Shown: positions 1-7,710 of the stretch, piece after piece | Position numbering within the stretch: position 1 is the stretch's first letter | Layout of the letters: each line of letters starts with the position of its first letter | Source: Thraustochytrium aureum | Taxonomy: Eukaryota | Direction: 5' to 3' | NCBI GenBank assembly: GCA_012862495.1 | Contig: BLSG01000233.1 | Coordinates: forward strand, 80,638 to 115,375 | DNA length: 34,738 nucleotides | Position numbers and translations under genes: made by a program | The notes under the pieces: generated by a model | Told to the model about the DNA's origin: nothing | Databases searched by the model: none | Seen by the model: only the letters and a program-made list of their open reading frames with translations

Positions 1-68
1 GCTGCCGCTCTGTTCGAGCTCACTCTGCGCCAGACGATGCTCGAGCGCCGCTCCGGCAGCCCCACGCG

Positions 69-455
69 CGTCACAGCGCGGACATTTGTGACGAGAGATG
101 ACGGCGGTCTGGCGGAGGGCGCGTCAGGAAGGGGCGAAGGTGACGGAGCAGGCGGGGCTGCGTCACGGGGGTATCTGAGGTGGCGAGAGTTGAGGAAGGG
201 GCGTCATTTGAGGGGTTGGGGTGACGAGTGGTCGCGCGGCGCTGAGGCGTTGCGACACGAGGAGTGGGATGGTGACGCGACCACGGCCGTCGACGTTGGG
301 CACCTCCCCGTCACTACTGGTATTTTGTGACGCACAGTCCGTCTTGGGTTCCCGGCGAACGTGACGCAAGGGGGTGCAGGACGTGACGTGGCGGCGGCGC
401 CGACGGCCACGGCACGGAGGGACGCTCTGTGACTCAAGAAAGGTAATTAATGACG
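69..455. promoter_or_regulatory. Cluster of 14 TGACG/CGTCA (CRE/ATF half-site-like) motifs, including four CGTCA-N14/15-TGACG dyads and one TGACTCA
   Basis: Counted by eye at 69, 89, 99, 122, 141, 161, 202, 222, 273, 309, 328, 362, 384 and 451, with TGACTCA at 430-436. The cluster lies upstream of the DUF1764 ATG (665). The regulatory role is inferred. Confidence 0.55.
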
Positions 456-664
456 GGCCGTTAGGGGTATCGTTATGGGGCCGGAAGCAGGTCTTGAAGG
501 AGTGGACGACGGAGAGCGCGCACGCGAGTCGGGGCGGGGCGGTGCCAGGCCCAGGTCGCGAAGGCGTGTGCGGCTCCCAGGCGTGGCTTCTGACAATAAC
601 TGCAGGCGGAGGAGCTCGGCACGGCGCTTGTGCGCGACTCCCATTGCTCCGGGCGCGTCCAAGG

Positions 665-1138
665 ATGGCGAAAAAGCGCCCGCGAAATGTCGCCGAGGAC
701 ACGCCGGACCCCGCGGCGGAAGCGACAGCCGACAAGCGGCAGCGCAAGGGCGAGCAGGCCAAGAAGGGCGGCGAAAGGATTGGGGCGAGCAAGGGCGGGG
801 CGCGCGATGACGCGAAGGGGAAAGCGAGCGCCGCCGCGGGCGGGAAGGACAAAGCCAAGGCCGACCTGGCCGGCTTGGACGACCTGTTCAGCGACGCCAA
901 AGTGAAGGTGAAAGAGGCGCGGGTCGTCAAGCAGCGCGAGGAGGAGCGCGACGCGGAGAAGAGGAGACAGGAGAAAGAGCAGCGCAAGCGCTTGAAACTG
1001 GAGCGCGAGATGGACGAAGTGCGGCCGCTGCGGTTCGACGCCGAGCTCGGTTTGCCCATCTACTCCGAGGAGGCGCTGCGCATCGGCAAGGGCGGGGGCA
1101 CTCCAGACTGCCCCTTCGATTGCAATTGCTGCTTTTAG
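665..1138 (+). CDS. DUF1764 family eukaryotic protein (157 aa)
   Basis: ATG at 665 (MAKKRPRN). A basic/charged N-terminus is followed by the C-terminal motif RFDAELGLPIYSEEALRIGKGGGTPDCPFDCNCCF*, typical of DUF1764. Confidence 0.85.
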   Translation: MAKKRPRNVAEDTPDPAAEATADKRQRKGEQAKKGGERIGASKGGARDDAKGKASAAAGGKDKAKADLAGLDDLFSDAKVKVKEARVVKQREEERDAEKRRQEKEQRKRLKLEREMDEVRPLRFDAELGLPIYSEEALRIGKGGGTPDCPFDCNCCF

Positions 1139-1346
1139 TTATTGAAAAAAGCAGTCTCGGCCGGCCGCGCACCGATTCCCAAACATGGAACTCTGGGCCC
1201 CCGCGGGCGGGACTTCCTGTTGAGACAAAACTGGCCAGGCGAGCTGCGACGCTGGCAGCAGCCCGCCTTTGATTGACACGTATGAAACGAAAAAGCAATT
1301 GCCTATCCTATCTTGGACCACTCTGGCGGCTGCTCGTCCGCCCGCC

Positions 1347-2951
1347 TCAGGCCGGCTTGGCCACTTTGGCCGGGGGCACCTTGCTGAGCGGGCGGCAGAG
1401 CTCCTCCAGCTCGTGCTCGTGCAGGAAAAACTCGTCTAGCGCGGCCCGCAGGCCCTCGAACGTGTAAAAGTACTTGGGGAGCTCGGCCGGCCCCTTCGGG
1501 TCCCGCAGGTGGGGCAACTCGAGCGGCTCCCCGTCAAGCAGGATTCGGACGAACTGGGCGCCCTCCCCCTCCTCCGCGCCGCCCTCCCAGAGCTCGACCG
1601 CAAGGTCGCTACAAAATTTGGGCCAGTCGCGCGTGCGCGGGTCTGCGGCTTCAGGGTCGAGCGCAAGCAAAAGCATGATGATGGTCCAGTCGTGACCGCT
1701 GTAAAGGACGAGACGCTGGCTGTCGTCATCGTGCGACTCGATGGACTGAATCATCTTGAGCAGCATGCGCCCGGCATGCAGGCGTGTGGCCTCGGACTGC
1801 GACTCGCGCGAGCCCCCTGCGAAGATGCTGAAGATCCGCTCGGCGTCGGCGCGATTGAGGCGGGCGATCGCATCGATGACCGCCTCGGTCCCTGCCGGCA
1901 TCGCTTTGCCGTGGGCTAAACGGCACGCGAGCTGGTCGCGGTATGTGCTAATTGTGAACGCCCCAGCGTTCTCCGGGACCTCCAACTTGACGTTCTCCTC
2001 AAGCTCGTTCAGGAGGCGGCGCTGCTCGTCGTTGACGGGCCCCGCCAAGGCCTTAGTGCCGCTCTCGAAAAGCTCACCTAGTCGAGGGCACCAGTTGCCA
2101 AACGTGGCCACGCCCCACTCGCGGTCGCCTTTCGCCTTGAGAAAAATCGTGGCTGGGCTTTTGTCATCGATCTGGCTCGGGTAGAGGCCTGAGAGCACTC
2201 CTTGAGCAGTCTCGATCGTCCGCTCTGTCTCAGTGGACCGCACGAAAACGAGCGCCTGCGCCTCCGGCCACTCGCGGGGCAGCAGGTTTATCTCGTGGAC
2301 GTAGCGGCGGCGGAGCTGGATGCCGAGCTCGATGGCCTGCTCCATGCCAACGGTGGTGAGCCGAGCGGGCACGGCACCGCCCTGGGAGTTGCAAGCGAGG
2401 CCGGTTCGAAGCAGCACGTTAGCAGAGGCCCCCGAGGGCGAGCAGATGGTCGACCTGGCCAAGTCGGCAAGTGCGGGCACTCTAAAAACTCACGTCAAGG
2501 AGCTCCGGGTGGTACTTGTGGTCGATTGTGCGGATCTGTTCGGCCGTCAGCGGGGCGCCCACGACGCGCCCCGTCTTGTCCTCGCGCGGCACGACCTCCA
2601 CCTTGGCGAGGTCGAGCTTGTGCTTGCCGTCGATCTCGTGTTGAAACCACGGCACCGGCGGGTCGGACGGCACGTCTTGGTCTGCGCGGCCCCTCAGCGC
2701 CGCAGGCGTGTCCCAGGTCAGTAAACCGCCCCGCTCCCCTCTCGCGGCGCCCCGGCGCCTGCGACGCAGTTCAACTTACACGGTGTGCGCGCGCCGTGGC
2801 GAAATGCGACCTGAACTTGGCGAAGGCGCCATCCCTGCGGCTGGCCGACCTCTTTGGCGCTCGTCGCCTCGGCCACGCGGCCGCCGAGCGCAGCGCCGAG
2901 GAGCGCGCCGAGTGCGACGGCCGGCGTTCGGAGGGCTGCTCTGGTGGTCAT
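1347..2951 (-). CDS. Histidine acid phosphatase, ACP6/lysophosphatidic acid phosphatase-like; exons 2951-2780, 2681-2494, 2381-1347 (464 aa)
   Basis: Has the RHGARTP catalytic motif, a GG..PARLT segment, RST..ERT and the YSGHD proton-donor motif. Two GT-AG introns join three separate ORFs in frame (RHGARTP-Y-QDVP; ELLD-GGAVP). The N-terminus is hydrophobic. Confidence 0.88.
2382..2493 (-). other. Spliceosomal intron 2 of the acid phosphatase (112 nt)
   Basis: Donor GTGAGT, branch-like TGCTAAC, acceptor CCCAG. Phase 0, and splicing restores the frame. Confidence 0.8.
2682..2779 (-). other. Spliceosomal intron 1 of the acid phosphatase (98 nt)
   Basis: Donor GTAAGT, branch-like TACTGAC, acceptor GCAG. 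Phase 1 (T|AC = Tyr). Confidence 0.82.
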
Positions 2952-3681
2952 GGTTCGCTCGTGAACGGTCTCCTCAGCCTCAAAGCGTCAGAACAGAAGC
3001 TTTTTCGGGCTCTGCTCCTTCCAAGTTGATTCACTTCACTTCAGGTTCGATCGACCACAACCGTGCGAGTCCGCGTACTGGAGTACCGATGCATGTACGT
3101 AATCTGATGAAACCTCCCTGGCCGAGGAGGATCGTTGTGGGGCGCTCAAGACCCTGGCTGGGCTCGGGGTCCCTGGCTGGCCTGAGCTGGGCTTTGCCAA
3201 TTGACGAAGAGCAGCAAGTGCGGCAGCCCAACCATGACTAGGCCTATGAAGTGCTTTTGGACCGAGCGCGAGCTCACCTGCGAAGACCCCGCCACAAAGC
3301 GCAGGCAAGGGGCGCTGCGGGCCGTTCGCGAGGCGAAATGGGCGAGGCAGTGCGCGCCACGAGGCATCAGTGCAGACGCGCTCGTTGAGGCGGGAAGTCG
3401 GGAGCTGGCGCCAAGCCGGAGCTGCGACGACGAGGACGACCACGAAGGGGAGGCGAGCGCGTTCATTTNNNNNNNNNNNNNNNNNNNNNNNNNNNNNNNN
3501 NNNNNNNNNNNNNNNNNNNNNNNNNNNNNNNNNNNNNNNNNNNNNNNNNNNNNNNNNNNNNNNNNNNNNNNNNNNNNNNNNNNNNNNNNNNNNNNNNNNN
3601 NNNNNNNNNNNNNNNNNNNNNNNNNNNNNNNNNNNNNNNNNNNNNNNNNNNNNNNNNNGAGCGCGTTCATTTGTTAGTTAG

Positions 3682-4761
3682 TCAAACCTCTTCAAAAGGG
3701 TCGAAAACCGGCAATGCGCGGGGAGTGGCACTGGCACCGTGCCGGCAGCTCAAGCAGCGGCCAGGCTTGCGGCCCCGGTGGCTACCGAGCATCGCGCCCT
3801 CCTCGAGCAGCAGCGCTGACGCGAGCTCCGACTCGCACAGGAATTCATCGAGGCCGAGCGTTTCCAAACAGCGACGGAAAACGAGGACGCCGCGTGGCGA
3901 CATGAGCTTGTCGTCTCTGATCCACCTGGACGACTGCAGGTGGTCCGAGTAGCCGAGCAGGCGCATCACCTCCATCTTGTCCCAGTCTGTCGCGAGCGGC
4001 TTGTCGATCGGCACGAGGAGCGGGAAGCCGACGTTCGACTTGACGGTGCCGCCCATTGAAAAAGACATGCGCGTCCAAAACTGGTCTGCCTCTCGTTTCG
4101 ACACGATGCGCTTTCCTTTGACGCGCGCAATGCGGTTGAATGTCCCACCGCCAGAGCTCGTCATGAGCAAGATGTCCCCCGGCCTGATGTGCACGAAAAT
4201 TCGCGAGAAGAGCCCTTCGCAAAACCCCCAAAGGTAGTCGCCTCCGGAGGCCGCCACGGGCTGCTCTAGCGTGTGATCGTTGACGCCGGGTTCGCCTGTT
4301 GGGACCAGGAACAGCCGTCGCCTGGAGCGGCCCGCGGCCGACTTTTGCGCCATCCTTTTCCCGCCAGACTCGGTGACGAATGCCTCCCACCTTGCCAATA
4401 GTGTTGCTTGCGCATTTCTCTCCCGCTGGTCGTCGTCTGAGCCGCTCTCGTCTGCGCCTTGCCGAGGGTGGCGGCCATGTCGATCTGGTGCGCTGACTTG
4501 TGCGTGGCTTCCGAATTCTTTGTCCTCAAGCGGACCCGATTCTGGTCCCTCGCCCTTCAGCCTTCGTGAAGCGCGAGCCGGCTTCGCGCGCTTTGAGGTG
4601 CTCGGTGCGCAGCCCACGCCTGTAGTCCTCGCGCTGCGCTTCCGCGTGGTGCTGCCCGGAAGGCGCGCGGGCTTGTCCTTGGTCAAAATGCCCAGCCCGG
4701 ACATGACTTGTTCATTCTCCCGAATCCTTTGCAGCCTGTCGCGCTCATACGCCGACGCCAT
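3682..4761 (-). CDS. 359-aa protein: N-terminal YE..RL.RI.EN..M..LG helix (CDCA7/WDR76-like), basic linker, C-terminal EVE/PUA-like domain
   Basis: Intact single-exon ORF from ATG 4761 (MASAYERDRLQRIRENEQVMSGLGIL). The linker is basic (RKRSAR, RASRRLKG). The globular C-terminus reads LWGF...IRPGDILLM....F..IARV...A..FW...F.L......LLGY. The ORF is well supported; the domain calls are inference. Confidence 0.72.
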   Translation of the reverse strand: MASAYERDRLQRIRENEQVMSGLGILTKDKPARLPGSTTRKRSARTTGVGCAPSTSKRAKPARASRRLKGEGPESGPLEDKEFGSHAQVSAPDRHGRHPRQGADESGSDDDQRERNAQATLLARWEAFVTESGGKRMAQKSAAGRSRRRLFLVPTGEPGVNDHTLEQPVAASGGDYLWGFCEGLFSRIFVHIRPGDILLMTSSGGGTFNRIARVKGKRIVSKREADQFWTRMSFSMGGTVKSNVGFPLLVPIDKPLATDWDKMEVMRLLGYSDHLQSSRWIRDDKLMSPRGVLVFRRCLETLGLDEFLCESELASALLLEEGAMLGSHRGRKPGRCLSCRHGASATPRALPVFDPFEEV

Positions 4762-5812
4762 GCCCTCGCGCGCTCGCCCTTCGGCCGTCCGTCCGTCACG
4801 CGCCTTCAAGGTGCGTGCGTCAAGCCGACTTTTTTTTCTTCGGGCACGTTTCCCCCGTTCGTTCCTCCGCTCGGCACGGCCCACTCGCCCGCGCCAGCAG
4901 CCCGCAGGCGCGCCTGCGCGCACAGCACGGCCGCCGTCCTGCCTTTGTTCCTTTGCGGCGGCCGCCTCCCGGGGCGCTCTACTCGATTCTGATCCTGGTC
5001 CTGGTTGCAACCGATCCTTGTCAAAAGATCAAGATTGATTCCGAAACCGATCGATCACACGATGCAACTCGATGCAAAACGCCCAAATCTGGGCANNNNN
5101 NNNNNNNNNNNNNNNNNNNNNNNNNNNNNNNNNNNNNNNNNNNNNNNNNNNNNNNNNNNNNNNNNNNNNNNNNNNNNNNNNNNNNNNNNNNNNNNNNNNN
5201 NNNNNNNNNNNNNNNNNNNNNNNNNNNNNNNNNNNNNNNNNNNNNNNNNNNNNNNNNNNNNNNNNNNNNNNNNNNNNNNNNNNNNNNNNNNNNNNNNNNN
5301 NNNNNNNNNNNNNNNNNNNNNNNNNNNNNNNNNNNNNNNNNNNNNNNNNNNNNNNNNNNNNNNNNNNNNNNNNNNNNNNNNNNNNNNNNNNNNNNNNNNN
5401 NNNNNNNNNNNNNNNNNNNNNNNNNNNNNNNNNNNNNNNNNNNNNNNNNNNNNNNNNNNNNNNNNNNNNNNNNNNNNNNNNNNNNNNNNNNNNNNNNNNN
5501 NNNNNNNNNNNNNNNNNNNNNNNNNNNNNNNNNNNNNNNNNNNNNNNNNNNNNNNNNNNNNNNNNNNNNNNNNNNNNNNNNNNNNNNNNNNNNNNNNNNN
5601 NNNNNNNNNNNNNNNNNNNNNNNNNNNNNNNNNNNNNNNNNNNNNNNNNNNNNNNNNNNNNNNNNNNNNNNNNNNNNNNNNNNNNNNNNNNNNNNNNNNN
5701 NNNNNNNNNNNNNNNNNNNNNNNNNNNNNNNNNNNNNNNNNNNNNNNNNNNNNNNGAGGCGGGCTCGAAGCGGCGCGCTGACGGATTGGAAAACGCAATC
5801 CAATGCGAATAG

Positions 5813-7033
5813 GGCTCCCGAACGTCGGCAAGTCGAGCACGTTCAACATCCTGTCCAAGCTGTCGGTAGCGGCGGAGAACTTTCCTTTCTGCACGATCGA
5901 CCCGAACGTCGCGCGCGTCCCTGTGCCGGACCAGCGCTTCAAGGAACTCTGCAAGATGTACAAGCCCGCTAGCGAGGTCCCCGCGATGCTCACCATCACC
6001 GACATCGCCGGCCTCGTCCGCGGCGCCTCGGAGGGCGCTGGGCTCGGAAACGCGTTCCTCTCGCACATCAAGGCCGTCGACGGCATCTACCACGTCTGCC
6101 GCGCCTTCGAAGACAAGGACGTGACGCACGTCGAGGACAGCGTAGACCCGATCCGCGACATGGACATCATCCACAGCGAGCTGCGTCTCAAGGACGTCGA
6201 CCAGTGCAAGACGTACCTCGACTCGAACAAGTCGGTGTACCGCAACAAGGCGCTCAAGAAGGACAAGAGTTTGAGTTCGAGACCATCGAAAAGGTCGCCA
6301 AGGTGCTCGACGAGGGCAAGGACGTGCGTTCCGAGGTTTGGGACGTCAAGGAGATCGATGTCCTCAACACGTTTCAGTTCCTCACCGCCAAGCCGATGAT
6401 CTACCTGGTCAACATCTCGCGCAAGGCCTACATCGCCAAGGGCAACAAGTGGCTGCCCAAGATCGGCGAGTACGTCAAGAACCGCGGCAACGGCGACCTC
6501 GTCGTGCCCTTCAGCGTCGTATTCGAGCAGGAGGTCGCTGACGCCGAGATTTCGGGCGGGCCCCAGGCCAAGGCTGCCTTGATGCAGGAGGCCGGCGCGC
6601 GCACCGTCATGCCCAAGATCATCAAGAGCGGCTACCACGCGCTCAACATGATGCACTACTTTACCGCCGGCAAGGGACCGAGGTCCGCGCCTGGTCTGTC
6701 AAGGTGGGCTGCATGGCGCCCAAGGCGGCTGGCGTGATCCACACTGACTTTGAGAAGNNNNNNNNNNNNNNNNNNNNNNNNNNNNNNNNNNNNNNNNNNN
6801 NNNNNNNNNNNNNNNNNNNNNNNNNNNNNNNNNNNNNNNNNNNNNNNNNNNNNNNNNNNNNNNNNNNNNNNNNNNNNNAGAAGGGTTTCATCTCTGCCGA
6901 TGTCATGAAGTACGACGACCTGGTCGAACTGGGCAACGAGGCAGCCGTCAAAGCCGCTGGCAAGCTTCTCATGAAAGGCCGCCAGTACGAGGTGCAGGAC
7001 GGCGACATTATGCACTTCAAGTTCAACAACTAA
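5813..7033 (+). CDS. OLA1: Obg-like ATPase OLA1/YchF; 5' exon lost in the gap, frameshifts near 6267 and 6675
   Basis: Has the GLPNVGKS P-loop, [35 protein letters not shown], a reconstructed FTAGKDEVRAW, IHTDFEKGFI and [15 protein letters not shown] probable acceptor AATAG ends at 5812, with GCTGAC upstream. Confidence 0.95.
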
Positions 7034-7203
7034 CTTCATTTCCTTCAACCGACCGCGATGGCCTTCCTCCCTAGATGTCCTCTTTCCTTGACGTCCTCCT
7101 TCCTCGACGCGTCCTTCCTGAACGGCCTCCTTCCTTGATGCCCATCGAGGGCGTTGTTTGGACCAACTGGAGCGCCGCGCAGTCCGCTCGCTGGAACGGC
7201 CGC

Positions 7204-7280
7204 ATCAACGCGGTGCCCCCGACGCCACGTTCATCAACGCGGTGCCCTGACGCCGCGGTGCCCGCGACGCCGCGGTGCCC
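7204..7280 (+). repeat. Four clustered copies of CGCGGTGCCC, in ATCAACGCGGTGCCC x2 and GACGCCGCGGTGCCC x2
   Basis: Read directly in the intergenic region between the convergent OLA1 and coiled-coil genes. Confidence 0.6.
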
Positions 7281-7710
7281 TCACTTCATGCCGAGTGAGC
7301 TGCTTGCGGCGTGCATAATAAACCCTATCCACAGCAGCAGCGCGCCAATGACCACGGCCTGAATCGCAGTGCAGGGGTCGAAAGTGAAGCCGCCAACCTT
7401 GCCCGCCCTCCCACAAAGCGGACCGCGTCAGAAAACCAAGTCGCCGCCGCCGCCGCAGCGCGCTTGGTCGGCACTCACCTGCTGCAGCTCAAAGATCCCG
7501 CTCGCTTCGCGCGGCCCCGGCCCGGAGCTCCTGTCGCGCTTCCATGTCGCTGCCATCACCTCCAGCACAACGGCCGGCCGCCCGCCCGCCTGCGCGACGC
7601 CTCCAGCGGGGCCTGGACGCGCAGGACGCGAGCAGAGAAGAGAAGGGATAGATGCTGATGTTTTGGTGTCGCTGTCAAGGCGGAAGGCGACCACGAGGGC
7701 GGTCTCGCTA

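Noticed and set aside
69..455. CRISPR-like array interpretation of the recurring TGACG motifs
   Set aside because: The conserved part is only 5-7 nt, orientation alternates, there is no 23-47 nt direct repeat, no cas genes are present, and the context is eukaryotic.
374..664. N-terminal extensions from GTG/TTG starts in the ORF track (also 4762-5010 and 20218-20766)
   Set aside because: These are prokaryotic-style start calls. The extensions are low-information, and downstream ATGs give sensible N-termini.
3104..3186. CTGATGA followed by a CCTCC/GGAGG stem, as a hammerhead ribozyme or C/D snoRNA
   Set aside because: There is no GAAA after the stem and no convincing stems I/III, terminal stem or guide sequence.
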